Part shown: piece by piece, positions 1-10,081 of the stretch | Layout of the letters: each line of letters begins with the position of its first letter | Numbering within the stretch: position 1 is the first letter of the stretch | Origin: Candidatus Delongbacteria bacterium | GTDB taxonomy: Bacteria; CAIWAD01 | Reading direction: 5' to 3' | Length of the DNA stretch: 64,000 bases | NCBI GenBank assembly: GCA_963663545.1 | Contig: OY760505.1 | Span: 2,368,001 to 2,432,000, forward strand | Notes under the pieces: model-generated | What the model saw: the letters and a program-made list of their open reading frames with translations, nothing else | Told to the model about the DNA's origin: nothing | Databases searched by the model: none | Position numbers and translations under genes: made by a program

Positions 1-1
1 T

Positions 2-283
2 TACGAGGATATCGATTTCTGTTTGCGGCTCTGTCGCGAAGGCCTTGCCGTTGTATATCGACCCGATGGCGTCGTTCTGCATCACGAGGGTCGCAGCCAG
101 GGCCGCAATGCATATGTGGATCACAGCTATTTCGTTCTCAACCGAAAGTTCCCATTCCGCCCATGTGATACAGCATGGGTTCAGTTGCAAGTAGCAAGAG
201 CGCTTGGTGCGCCTCCAAAAGTGTCTACTGGGTCGAAGAGCGCAGAAGAACGGCGATCTGATGCCGTGGAGAGAGTGCAGTGA
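2..283 (+). CDS. Glycosyltransferase family 2, C-terminal part (5' truncated by window edge)
   Basis: Frame from position 2 reads YEDIDFCLRLCREGLAVVYRPDGVVLHHEGRS, the GT2 ED-x-D-F-C-x-R...H motif. Its stop overlaps the next start (GTGA at 280-283). Confidence 0.8.
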   Translation, partial: YEDIDFCLRLCREGLAVVYRPDGVVLHHEGRSQGRNAYVDHSYFVLNRKFPFRPCDTAWVQLQVARALGAPPKVSTGSKSAEERRSDAVERVQ

Positions 284-1569
284 AGCAAGTCGTGATTCAG
301 CTTGCCCGTCTGGGAGACTTGGTGCAGACCTTACCGTTGGTCAAGGCGCTTGCACTCCAGGGCGAGGTGGATCTGGTATGCTCCTTTGATCCTGGACACC
401 AAATTCGCAGTCTGTTTGGTCGTGTGGTTGTGACACCTCTTGATGGGTGGGCGGAAGTTGCACACAGTGCCCAGGCACTGCTACGCCTGATGCGGGAGCG
501 CTTTGCGGTAGAAGGTGGCAATTCGCGCTTTCCGCACTACGCTCGCGTGTACTGCATGAATGATGCCCCTCCTGCTTTGGCTCTCGCCCGATTGCTTGGG
601 CGAGGTCAATGGCGTGGCGCCGGTTCCCCTTGTGACCCCTATACGCGCTGGTTGCATGCCTTGGTCAGAGGACGCAAACAGGCGCTGCTACCGCTGGTAG
701 AGGTCATGCAAGTGTTGGCGAGTCAGCCTGTATCACCTGAGCGCGAACGAGCTCATGGGATAGGTCCGATTCTTGTGCATCCAGGGTCGGGAGATGTGTC
801 ACGGCAGCTTCCCGACATGTTCTGGAACAAGCTCTTGCGCGAACTGACAAGGTTGCAGCAGCACCGCTCAATCGTGTTGACCGGAAGTAGTGCAGAGGCT
901 GGACGTTGCCAACACTTGGCCAGTGGTAGCGGTTCTCCGGCTGTGCGTAGTCTGGCTGGCACCATGTCATTGGACGAACTGCAGAATCAGTTGTTGAACG
1001 CTTCTCTTCTGATTGCTCAGGACACGGGTGTGCTGCACCTGGGCGCTTGGCACAAAACGCCACTTCTTGGCCTGTATCACGGAAGCATGTACTCTGCGCA
1101 GACTGGACCCTGGCTGGAAGGCGCCCATTTGCTGGAGGTACAGCGGGAATGTCATCCGTGCATGGAAGGTGTTCCGGACTGTGGTAGCTATGAGTGCCAA
1201 GGCGACTTGGATCCGGCCGAATCAGCCAGAGTAGCCGATGCGTTATTGCGTGACACAGAAGTTCTGCAGCCGAAGAGTTGCAGACTGCTTCGTATGTGTT
1301 CTGTGGACCGGGGGTTGATGGCAGTACCAGTAGATATGAAGGATCAGGCTGCAATTCTGGAGCAACAGGCGCAGCGCAGAGCACTTTACAAACGCGGCGG
1401 CGTTGATGCCTTGCTCGATTGTCGCCCGGGTTTGCTTGCGCGTGCCAGCTTACTTGGTGCTCCTCACAGCGAGCTCCGTTTGTGGCGTGGAGCGCAACCG
1501 GCCTTAGGCTTCAAGGCGAGCTGGAATTGGCTCATAGAACGTGATACGCTAGAGGATTCAGGACGATGA
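280..1569 (+). CDS. Glycosyltransferase family 9 (heptosyltransferase-like)
   Basis: Motifs QLARLGDLVQTLP, HPGSG and LIAQDTGVLHLG, plus a C-terminal CHPC...C Cys cluster typical of GT9. Confidence 0.85.
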   Translation: MKQVVIQLARLGDLVQTLPLVKALALQGEVDLVCSFDPGHQIRSLFGRVVVTPLDGWAEVAHSAQALLRLMRERFAVEGGNSRFPHYARVYCMNDAPPALALARLLGRGQWRGAGSPCDPYTRWLHALVRGRKQALLPLVEVMQVLASQPVSPERERAHGIGPILVHPGSGDVSRQLPDMFWNKLLRELTRLQQHRSIVLTGSSAEAGRCQHLASGSGSPAVRSLAGTMSLDELQNQLLNASLLIAQDTGVLHLGAWHKTPLLGLYHGSMYSAQTGPWLEGAHLLEVQRECHPCMEGVPDCGSYECQGDLDPAESARVADALLRDTEVLQPKSCRLLRMCSVDRGLMAVPVDMKDQAAILEQQAQRRALYKRGGVDALLDCRPGLLARASLLGAPHSELRLWRGAQPALGFKASWNWLIERDTLEDSGR

Positions 1570-3566
1570 AGCTGCTCTTGCTCGACTTTCCTCTTTTCCA
1601 GAAGGAACTACGACAAGCCGGTCACGAGGTCGTCAGTGTGGGTACTGATTCAGCCTGTGAGTTCCAGCTACCTTCAGAGAACTACGACAGCGCGCACATT
1701 CAAGCCGCTCTTCCCGAAGGGTTCATTCCGGATCTGGTGTTGATCACGGAGACCCTGAAGAAGAGGCGTTTCCCTGCCGGACTTGGTTTGTTGCGTGTAC
1801 CACTAGTGTGGTACAGCATTGACGGACACCTGCACTTGGACTGGCATCTGCGCTATGCGCGGCACTTTGATCTTGTGCTGAGCACTCAGCTGGCCGTGTG
1901 TGATGCAATGAAGCAGCACGGCATAGATGCGAAATGGCTTCCCTGGTCGGTGGACGAAGTGAAGTTGCCACATCATGATGATTCCATGCGTGACATTGAT
2001 GTGAGCATGGTGGGAAGCTTCAATCCTGCTCTACGTCCACGGCGATATCATTTGCTGGAGGATTTGAACCGTCACTTTCGAGTGCAGCTCTTTGGTCCAC
2101 CCTTCAGCTCCTGGTTGGATGATGAGCAAATGCGACAAGTGTATCGGCGCTCACGGGTCGTGGTCAACGAATCGGTGGGCGGAGAGATCAATTTTCGAGT
2201 CTTCGAGGCGCTTTCCGAAGGTGCTTGTCTTCTGACTGATAATGTTCCGGGTCTGGACCGCCTCTATCGAGTAGGCGTAGATCTTCTCAGTTATAATCGT
2301 GATACACTGATCGGAACCTTGCGTGCCGTTCTTAGTGATGAAGTTAGACGCGCAGGAATTGCTGCTTCCGGGATGCTCCACACGCGCAGGCACCACTTCA
2401 GACGACAGCGCTGCAGCGAGCTGATGGAGATTCTTGAGCGGTTTCTGCGCAACCGAAAGAACAGTCCTACTCAGCGTGGCTCTGGAGAGCATGCACCTCG
2501 CAGACAGCTGGCCGAAGAGGCCTTCTGTTGGAGACGTGCTGCAAGTACCGGCATTGCCGAGCGTCACGAAGCGCAGCACGAAGTTCGTTTGCGGTTCTCG
2601 CGTATCACGAAGGAAGATGCTCTTTCGCTCTCCTATCAGGATCCGGAGCTTCTTGTCGAGTACGCCGAGTGGCATTGGGGAAATGGCAGAGAGCATGAGG
2701 CGCGCTCACTGTTGATGCTTCGCGCTGATGGCTTGTGTCACGAAGCTCTGCAGATTCGACAGGTGCTCGATGAGTGGGAGAGCTCTCCTCAGGATCATCT
2801 TCCAGCGCTGGACGCCTTGATGCAGCGAGCTGATCGATTGGCAGAACAAGGCCGTGTGTGGTGCGCGGGGGTCAGGTCCGGAGATAGCGAGGATCTACAC
2901 CTGCCGTTGTGGTCCATTCAGTTGCTTCAGTATGCACTTAGTCAACGACCCGCAAATCCGGATCTTCTGCAGCGCCTTGCCTGCCATCTGCTGCTGGCTG
3001 GTGATACGGATGCGGCATTGGATGCATTGACAGCCTTGATGACTCAAGGCAATCAGTACAGCGAACTCTGGCAAAGTGCAATGGTTCTACGAGCTGGACT
3101 ATTGGATCACCTGAAACGACGAACCGATGCTGTGCTGAGTTTACTTGGAATGCGCGGTCTGCTGTATCACATGCAGAAACGCACCTTGCACGGAATCCAG
3201 GCGAGCCTGCAGGAAAAGCTTCTGCAGTTCTGGCCCAGCAATGAACTGCAGGAGTACACTTACAAACTGTTGGGGCTTATGGCCGCTGGAGATAAAGGAC
3301 TGGATGAGCTGGTCAAGCTGGCCCGGCGTGATGCAGATTCCGCCGCATGCATTCTGGCGGTGAATCAGCTATTGCAGCAGGGGAACGCGGCACAGGCAAA
3401 TGCCCTGCTTGGCGTAGCGTTGATGCGCGCGCCGAGGTGCTCCAGGCTGTTGAGCCTGAAGGCACGTGTACTGGAAAGCATGGGAAGGCGCGAAGCTGCA
3501 GGATTGCACTTGCAGCGTGCGCGACGCTTTCAACTGTTTGCGCCCGTAACACAGGTCGCGGAGTGA
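1566..3566 (+). CDS. CgeB-like (Glyco_trans_1_2) glycosyltransferase with helical/TPR-like C-terminus
   Basis: Motifs WYSIDGH, WLPWSVD and VVVNESVGGEINFRVFEALSEGACLLTD. ATGA overlap with the upstream gene. Confidence 0.8.
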   Translation: MKLLLLDFPLFQKELRQAGHEVVSVGTDSACEFQLPSENYDSAHIQAALPEGFIPDLVLITETLKKRRFPAGLGLLRVPLVWYSIDGHLHLDWHLRYARHFDLVLSTQLAVCDAMKQHGIDAKWLPWSVDEVKLPHHDDSMRDIDVSMVGSFNPALRPRRYHLLEDLNRHFRVQLFGPPFSSWLDDEQMRQVYRRSRVVVNESVGGEINFRVFEALSEGACLLTDNVPGLDRLYRVGVDLLSYNRDTLIGTLRAVLSDEVRRAGIAASGMLHTRRHHFRRQRCSELMEILERFLRNRKNSPTQRGSGEHAPRRQLAEEAFCWRRAASTGIAERHEAQHEVRLRFSRITKEDALSLSYQDPELLVEYAEWHWGNGREHEARSLLMLRADGLCHEALQIRQVLDEWESSPQDHLPALDALMQRADRLAEQGRVWCAGVRSGDSEDLHLPLWSIQLLQYALSQRPANPDLLQRLACHLLLAGDTDAALDALTALMTQGNQYSELWQSAMVLRAGLLDHLKRRTDAVLSLLGMRGLLYHMQKRTLHGIQASLQEKLLQFWPSNELQEYTYKLLGLMAAGDKGLDELVKLARRDADSAACILAVNQLLQQGNAAQANALLGVALMRAPRCSRLLSLKARVLESMGRREAAGLHLQRARRFQLFAPVTQVAE

Positions 3567-3844
3567 TTCGCGAATTGTGTGCGAGCCGGAATGAAAACTA
3601 CTGACGCGCGGAATGTGGTCGGTCCACCAGGCAGGATGCGGACCGTGTTCCAGGGCAAACAATATTGGGTCGCTGGTCCGGCCAACGACACTTGGGTAGT
3701 ACTGTGGGGAGACAGTGCCCCAGCTGTGGTTGGTGCTGGTGCCGGTATACCGGCTGCGTCAGACTGCCGGCCCGATAGGAAAAGGTGTGCGTGCACACCG
3801 TGGTATCGACCCGCTCGATTTGGTGGGTGAAACCGAGGTTTGCG

Positions 3845-5623
3845 ATGAACCTTATGCAGCTCGTTAGTGGGCGGTGGCCCGATCTAGCCCAATTGCTGGA
3901 AACGGCGTCACCGCCCGCTGCAGCCGCAGTGGACGTGCAAGGTGAACGACTCAGATTCCATTTGAACGGACAATCCTTGGCTTCCCCGCTGCGTCCCGAC
4001 CGGGAAGCCGAGCGCCTTGTGCAACAGGCGCTTCAGGATCGACCAGCAGAGTGCATCGTGTTGTTTGGTCATGGACTCGGTCATCTTGTGCGTGCAGCAC
4101 TGGCAACAAATGTGTCACGTGTGGAATTGCATCCGCCCTGTCTGGGAATGCTGCGGTTGGCGCTACAGCACTGGTCTGCGTCAGATGTACTGGAGGATCC
4201 CCGCCTGGTGATTGTGTCACCTGACGAAGATGCTCCTGTAAAACCAGAAGGCATCGTTGCTGTTATCGAACCCCCGGCCTGGGTAAAGGCGTTTCCCGAG
4301 TTCATTGCTCGTCGCCGTTGTGCGCTAGGATTGCAGCAGGCTAGTGCACTGCGCCTGCGCATACTCGTCGTAGAACCACTCTATGGTGGTAGCCTGCCGG
4401 TAGCAAAATCGGTGTCTACAGCACTCAGGGCGCTGGGACACGAAGTCCGCAGTCTGAGCTACGAAGGCATGGCCGAGGCACAGCGATGTCTCACAGAATT
4501 TGCTGACCGACACCAGGGCGAAACGCGGCCTTTGCAGGAGTTCACCGGCATGCTGGGTAGTATGCTGTTGGTCGAGGCGAACGAGTTTCAGCCGGACCTG
4601 GTCCTTGGTATCGCACAAAGTCCATTTAGTGCTCGCATTGCCGATGTGCTTCGCCAGCAAGGCGCGCGTACAGCGTATTGGTTTGTTGAGGATTTTGAGA
4701 CGCTCGACTATTGGCGTGCTCTGCATGGTCACTTTGATCTGTTCATGACGATTCAGCGCGGGCGATTTGTTGAGGAGCTCGAGAGCATCAGCCGCGCTCC
4801 GGTGCGCTATTTGCCCATGTGTGCTGACCCTGCTCTTTGCTATCCAGAGCCACAAGCTGGTGTGTCACATGAGTTGAGTTTCATCGGAGCCGGGTATCAC
4901 AACCGCGAGCAGTTCTTCCGTGGATTGGTCGACCAGGGATTGCAGATCTGGGGCAGTGAGTGGAATCCCAGGCTACCCACGTGGCAAATGGTGCAGGAAC
5001 AGGGACGTCGCACAACACCGGAAGAGAATCGCCGGATTTTCTCGAGCTCGAGGTTCAACTTGAATTTGCACTCCTCTATGTATCACGGGGGTGTAAATCC
5101 GCACGGGGATTTTGTGAATCCGCGAACCTTCGAGATTCTGGCTTGCGGAGGTTTTCAGCTTGTTGATCAGCGTAGTCTGCTTCCTGAGCTGTTGATTCCG
5201 GGACAAGACCTAGTGTGTTACAGTACTCTGAGTGAGTTGCGCGAAGCGCTTGAGTACTATCGTAAGCACGAAGATCTGCGTCTTGAAATTGCGGCACAGG
5301 GGCGTCAGCATGTGTTACGCTCGCATACCTACACCCGTCGCATGGCCGAAATGCTCGAAATGATGTTGTTGCAACAGGCCGATTTCTTCCCGCGGGCGGT
5401 GTCCCGCTGCAGTTGTGAAGATCTGGATCCTGCACTCTGCGAATTCCTGAGCACCGTTCCGGAAGAGATACCGCGCGAGATAGATGCCCTTGCAGAGTAC
5501 ATTCGCGAAGGTGAACCAGAGCTGGACGACAACCAGGCACTACTGCTATACATGGCCGAGATTCGCGACTGGGCAAGGCAACGGCAACAGCAGGTGGCAA
5601 CGGAGCAACGTACCCGTGGCTGA
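3845..5623 (+). CDS. MAF-like N-terminal domain fused to a CgeB/DUF3880-type glycosyltransferase
   Basis: N-terminal SPLRPDREAERLV...VLFGHGLGHL (MAF-type N-domain). C-terminal YWFVED, FIGAGYHNRE, NLNLHSS, VNPRTFEILACGGFQLVD and HTYTRRM. Start taken at ATG 3845 after GAGGT. Confidence 0.8.
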   Translation: MNLMQLVSGRWPDLAQLLETASPPAAAAVDVQGERLRFHLNGQSLASPLRPDREAERLVQQALQDRPAECIVLFGHGLGHLVRAALATNVSRVELHPPCLGMLRLALQHWSASDVLEDPRLVIVSPDEDAPVKPEGIVAVIEPPAWVKAFPEFIARRRCALGLQQASALRLRILVVEPLYGGSLPVAKSVSTALRALGHEVRSLSYEGMAEAQRCLTEFADRHQGETRPLQEFTGMLGSMLLVEANEFQPDLVLGIAQSPFSARIADVLRQQGARTAYWFVEDFETLDYWRALHGHFDLFMTIQRGRFVEELESISRAPVRYLPMCADPALCYPEPQAGVSHELSFIGAGYHNREQFFRGLVDQGLQIWGSEWNPRLPTWQMVQEQGRRTTPEENRRIFSSSRFNLNLHSSMYHGGVNPHGDFVNPRTFEILACGGFQLVDQRSLLPELLIPGQDLVCYSTLSELREALEYYRKHEDLRLEIAAQGRQHVLRSHTYTRRMAEMLEMMLLQQADFFPRAVSRCSCEDLDPALCEFLSTVPEEIPREIDALAEYIREGEPELDDNQALLLYMAEIRDWARQRQQQVATEQRTRG

Positions 5624-7307
5624 TTTCCTGGTGCTCAGCTGCACCCGCATGGGTGACATTGTGCAGACCACGCCTCTGCTGCGAGGGTTGAAACAACGCT
5701 CACCCAATGCGCGCATAGCGCTAGTTGTGGCAGATAGGTACGCAGCACTGGCACACATGATTCCTTCTGTGGATCACGTTCTTGTCTGGAATCAGGCTGA
5801 AAGCCTGCGCTCATTGTTCTCACAGAATGCACTTCGCGAAGGCTGGGAGTATCATCGAGAATGGCTTCAGCAGCTGAGACCCTACGCAAGTGGCACACTG
5901 ATCAATTTGTCTCACAGCAGGGATTCTGCTCTGCTCTGCAGGCTGCTCAAATCACACCGAACACTTGGACTGCAGGTGGATGCAATGGGTACACAGCTCG
6001 TATCCAACGACTGGCTGCGCTACTTCTATAACATGACAGGACTGCGCGGACAGGCCGCTATCAATCTGGTGGATGTCTATCGCGAAGCGCTGGGGCTTAG
6101 TGCACACGAGGGAAGAAGTCTGGAGCTTCAGGCCCCGAAGGATGCGCTGGAGTGGGCGCAAGAGGAGTTGCGCCGCTGTGGTGTATCCCCAGAGCAGCAC
6201 CGCCCACTTGTTTTGATGCAGCTGGGAGCAAGCGAGAAAGACCGCTGTTGGCCTGTGGAGAGGTTTGCCGAGGTCGCACGGCGCATCACAGCACAGTGGG
6301 GAGCCGTGGTCGGTTTGCTTGGTAGCTCAGGCGAGTCGGCTATGGCAGATGCTTTTCTTCGGGAAACACGGGGTTGCGACATCGCGAACTGGGTCGGTGC
6401 CACTACACTGCCGCAGCTCGTCGCGCTCTGTAGCCTGGGTTCTGTCCTTCTGGCGAATGACACCGGCACTGCGCATATCGCCGCGTCGCAGGGAACACCC
6501 ATTGTGGGCTTGTTTTTTGCCACTGCGCATCCGGCGGTAACGGCTCCGCGACAGGAAGGCGCCCTCGTGCTACAAACCATGATTTCTTGCGGACCCTGTC
6601 AACACCATACTCATTGCCCACATGTGATGTGTCGCGAGATGATTGATGTTGATAGCGTGTGTCACGCAATTGGTGTGCAGTTGCAGCGCCAGGGGTTTCA
6701 TACGAACAATCCCGGTGATGTCTGGCCGGAGAATTCTGCCTTACGCATCTGGCGTGTGGCTTTTGATGAAAGGGGATACCAGGACCTTCAACTCGTGAAT
6801 GGCCCCGCACTAACGCAGGAAGATCATCTGGCTCGTGCCTATCGCCAGGTCTGGGTAAAGGCTCTGGGGCGTGAGACAGATGCAGGCCGTCATGCTGACG
6901 GCCTCCCTTCAGCAAATGGCGAGCACGAGTGTGTAACACGTACTTCGCTTGACGCTCTTGCGTCGGCAGCCAACAAAGCTCAGCAGATCCTTGTGTCGGT
7001 CGGCAGACTTCTGGCAAGTCAAGCACCAGACCTGCGAGTACTGCAGCAGCACGGTGACCGCCTTCAGCAGCTCGACGAGGCAATGCAGAGCTTGCGCGAA
7101 GCACACGAGGAACTACGACCGCTACTGGTGCAGTTTCGACTTGAACGCGAGGCTGTTGGGAGGAGCGCTTCCATGAAGCAAGAGAATCGTGATATTCTTC
7201 TGTGTTACAAACGGCTAGAGTATCGTGCACTTTTGCTGGCGCATTTGCTCAAAACAGACATTGCACCGGTACACGCACAACCCGTCGGGGAGTCTGATCA
7301 TGCCTGA
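5616..7307 (+). CDS. Glycosyltransferase family 9 with C-terminal coiled-coil extension
   Basis: Motifs TRMGDIVQTTP, QLGASEKDRCWP, ANDTGTAHIAA and CGPC..C..C. GTG start at 5616 after GGAG overlaps the upstream stop. Confidence 0.85.
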   Translation: MADFLVLSCTRMGDIVQTTPLLRGLKQRSPNARIALVVADRYAALAHMIPSVDHVLVWNQAESLRSLFSQNALREGWEYHREWLQQLRPYASGTLINLSHSRDSALLCRLLKSHRTLGLQVDAMGTQLVSNDWLRYFYNMTGLRGQAAINLVDVYREALGLSAHEGRSLELQAPKDALEWAQEELRRCGVSPEQHRPLVLMQLGASEKDRCWPVERFAEVARRITAQWGAVVGLLGSSGESAMADAFLRETRGCDIANWVGATTLPQLVALCSLGSVLLANDTGTAHIAASQGTPIVGLFFATAHPAVTAPRQEGALVLQTMISCGPCQHHTHCPHVMCREMIDVDSVCHAIGVQLQRQGFHTNNPGDVWPENSALRIWRVAFDERGYQDLQLVNGPALTQEDHLARAYRQVWVKALGRETDAGRHADGLPSANGEHECVTRTSLDALASAANKAQQILVSVGRLLASQAPDLRVLQQHGDRLQQLDEAMQSLREAHEELRPLLVQFRLEREAVGRSASMKQENRDILLCYKRLEYRALLLAHLLKTDIAPVHAQPVGESDHA

Positions 7308-9045
7308 GCGTGATTTCAGATGCAGAACTGAACCGGCGCGCATAATGGGTCGAACCCTGGTCTTTGCGCTGGCAGAACGAGAGTTGCGCGTGCACAGCGC
7401 CTTTGATCCGGAGCAGGAAGCGCGCAGATTGTGTGATACGCTTCCTTTGCATGACGCGCCGTTGTTGGTCATCATCGGGGGTGGTCTGGGCTATCTGGCA
7501 CGTGCAGCAGCCTCGTTGAAGCTAGCTGGAATTGTGACCTTGGAGCCGACCGATGATCAGCTTGCTGCCCTGCGTGATCCAAACACTGCCGGCATTTTAC
7601 TGCAGGGCGAGGCAGAAACTCTGCTTGGCGAGTTGATGCGCCTGCGCCTAGAGATGCAGCATCCCGATATCGTTGTTGTACACAATCCGGCCTATCATCA
7701 AGTTTGGCCCGAATGGTCAGCGGTCTTGCTTTCTGAGCTTCCGCCCGGTCGTATGAATTCACTGTTCCGCCATTCTCGAAATAGTGGCCCTTGGCAGGGG
7801 AAGCGTGTGCTCGTGCTACAGAGCGGCTATTTCCTGCTGAGGGAGTGTATCACGGCCTTTCGTGAGAATGAGTGCGAAGTCTATGAGCTTCCGCTTGATC
7901 CCGCAGGCGCAAGCATCTCACCGTCGCTGGATCACCGCGGTGTGCGGGTCAGCGCCGATTTCCTCGAGCGGCTTCTTGAGGCCATTGAGACCTTCAAACC
8001 CGAGTTCGTCTTTTGCGTGAATCACATCGGGTTTGATCGTCAGGGACGCTTGCTGGATCTGCTGGACAGCCTCCGTCTTCCGCTTGCGGTGTGGTACGTG
8101 GACAGTCCGGCCTACATTCTGGACGAAGAGGCTTCCGTTGCACGGGATAGCAGCTTCTTGTTCTGCTGGGAGCGCGCCTGGATTCCGCTCATGGAAGAGC
8201 GGGGCTTTGGCCGTGTGATGCACTTACCCCTGGCCGGTAATGCGTCCTTCTTGAATGTGCGACCGGACGGTGCCCGCACCCTGAGTTTTGTGGGAGGCAG
8301 TAACACGACAGCCATCGCCAAATGGCGACGGGATCTTGCTCCGCCGACTTATCTGCGAAAGGAGATTGGCCGCCTTCGTCAGCTTTTCATGCATGAAGAG
8401 CGCGGGTTGCTTCCCGAAGAGCTTCTGGAGCGGAAGTTGCACGAGTTTCCGCGGTTGAAGGCCTGGCTTGACTCTTCGCGACGACGCAAGCTCTGCAGTC
8501 TGTTGGTTCTGGAGGCGACGCAGAGCGATCGCCTGCGACTGCTGCAGGAGCTGCGCGACTACGAGCCCGTGTTGCACGGAGACGCGGGTTGGCATTCGCT
8601 GGATGCGAAGCTGCGCGCGCTTACTCCCTTGGACTATTATGCCGGTCTTGCGGAGCATTATGCTGGCAGCCTGATCAATTTGAACTGTACCAGTCGCCAG
8701 ATGCCGACTGCGCTGAACCAGCGTGCGTTTGACGTTCCGCTGGCGGGGTCGCTGGTCCTTGGAGATGCACAACCCGATCTGGAGTTGCTGTTTACGCCGG
8801 GCAAGGATTGTGTCGCCTGGCATAGTGTCGAGGAAGCCTCTGAGCTTTGCGCAAGGCTTCTGCGTGACACAGACGAAAGAACGCGCATTGTATCACGGGC
8901 GCGAGAAACCGTGATGAGCCGACATTTGTACCGCCATCGAATTGCTGATCTTTTAGCGTTCATGAAGCGGGAACTTGGTGTGACTGTATCACCGAACAGG
9001 AGTGTCACATCCAATGAGAGCAACGAGGTGACGCATGGATTTTAG
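7300..9045 (+). CDS. MAF-like N-domain plus CgeB/DUF3880-type glycosyltransferase
   Basis: Motifs HSAFDPEQEARRL..IIGGGLGYL, WYVDSP, LSFVGGS, INLNCTSRQMPTALNQRAFDVPLAG and HLYRHRI. ATG 7300 after GGGGAG. Confidence 0.8.
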   Translation: MPERDFRCRTEPARIMGRTLVFALAERELRVHSAFDPEQEARRLCDTLPLHDAPLLVIIGGGLGYLARAAASLKLAGIVTLEPTDDQLAALRDPNTAGILLQGEAETLLGELMRLRLEMQHPDIVVVHNPAYHQVWPEWSAVLLSELPPGRMNSLFRHSRNSGPWQGKRVLVLQSGYFLLRECITAFRENECEVYELPLDPAGASISPSLDHRGVRVSADFLERLLEAIETFKPEFVFCVNHIGFDRQGRLLDLLDSLRLPLAVWYVDSPAYILDEEASVARDSSFLFCWERAWIPLMEERGFGRVMHLPLAGNASFLNVRPDGARTLSFVGGSNTTAIAKWRRDLAPPTYLRKEIGRLRQLFMHEERGLLPEELLERKLHEFPRLKAWLDSSRRRKLCSLLVLEATQSDRLRLLQELRDYEPVLHGDAGWHSLDAKLRALTPLDYYAGLAEHYAGSLINLNCTSRQMPTALNQRAFDVPLAGSLVLGDAQPDLELLFTPGKDCVAWHSVEEASELCARLLRDTDERTRIVSRARETVMSRHLYRHRIADLLAFMKRELGVTVSPNRSVTSNESNEVTHGF

Positions 9046-9646
9046 AATCAACGGCCAGGATCAGCAGGAATTGCTGGCTGGTCTTGGCGAACAACCAATG
9101 CTGCACGAGCTGGTAGCCGGTGCAGCCCGGCTCATTGAAGAGCGCGGCGAAGTTGTAACACGCATTGCCATAGACGGACAGGATCTGACGGGTGGTGCTT
9201 GGGCAGACCAATCTGAGCGACGCGATGTTGCACAACTTGAGATCACCTCCATGCGTCCCATTGACCTTGTGCGTGATACAATTGCCACCAGTCGGGAGTG
9301 GGTCGATCCGGTACGACAGGAAGTGATGGCCTGCGCCGGTCGTTTTCGTACCGGAGAAGAGACGCGTGCCGTTGAGCAGCTTGTGCGTGTGGTTGATGGC
9401 CTTCGCCTGCTGCTGACGGGCGTGATACAAATGTCTACGCTTGCAGCAAACACACTGCCCGAGCTCCCGCTTGAAGATGCTTCGGCATGGCGTGACAGCA
9501 TGACTTCGCTGCTGGATGAACTGATTGAAAGTCAGCAGAACCAGGATTGGGTCATGCTGGCTGATTTGCTGGAGTACGAGCTCTGCGAGAGGCTGGATCA
9601 GTGGCGTACGCTAGCTGAGGAGCTTTTGAATACGTTGGGCAACTAG
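9035..9646 (+). CDS. Conserved hypothetical protein of flagellar glycosylation loci
   Basis: N-terminal MDFRINGQ and C-terminal helical QQNQDWVMLADLLEYEL, recalled from MAF/flagellar loci. Overlaps the upstream stop. Confidence 0.6.
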   Translation: MDFRINGQDQQELLAGLGEQPMLHELVAGAARLIEERGEVVTRIAIDGQDLTGGAWADQSERRDVAQLEITSMRPIDLVRDTIATSREWVDPVRQEVMACAGRFRTGEETRAVEQLVRVVDGLRLLLTGVIQMSTLAANTLPELPLEDASAWRDSMTSLLDELIESQQNQDWVMLADLLEYELCERLDQWRTLAEELLNTLGN

Positions 9647-9661
9647 CCCGAGGAAACAAAG

Positions 9662-10081
9662 ATGAGTAGTGAGAGCACTCGCGATCGTGAATCGCGCGCC
9701 CGCGTTGAGGCCATTTTGCAGGATCTGCTTCGCGTTGGCCGAGAGCTGCTGGCGCAGTTCGCCGATGGGCAGACACCGGAAACTGCAATGCTGGAGAGCG
9801 CCTTGGGAAAACGCAGTCAGCTGTTGGACGAGCTCCATAGTCAGTGGCAGGGCTTGCGTATACAAGATCCGCGTCTTGCAGAGCGCCTTGAAGAAACCCA
9901 ACTGAAGGATGTGCGCGAGCAGGATCTGCGTTTGCGCGAGGATCTGCACAATCGCCTGCAGACCATGCGCGGTGACCTGGATAACATGGCGAGTTGTCGT
10001 GGTCGCCTGTCGCAGTACCGGGGAGCCCATAGCCGAGGCGGTCCCACAACGCGCGCGCGCTATATCGATCAGCGAAGCTGA
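9662..10081 (+). CDS. FliT/FlgN-like small coiled-coil protein
   Basis: 139 aa, helical, with L..R..LLDEL and a C-terminal Y...ARYIDQRS typical of FliT-like chaperones. RBS GAGG. Confidence 0.5.
   Translation: MSSESTRDRESRARVEAILQDLLRVGRELLAQFADGQTPETAMLESALGKRSQLLDELHSQWQGLRIQDPRLAERLEETQLKDVREQDLRLREDLHNRLQTMRGDLDNMASCRGRLSQYRGAHSRGGPTTRARYIDQRS

Noticed and set aside
3579..3830. 83-aa ORF in the gap between two glycosyltransferases
   Set aside because: No RBS or recognisable domain. It could be real, but the sequence alone does not support it.
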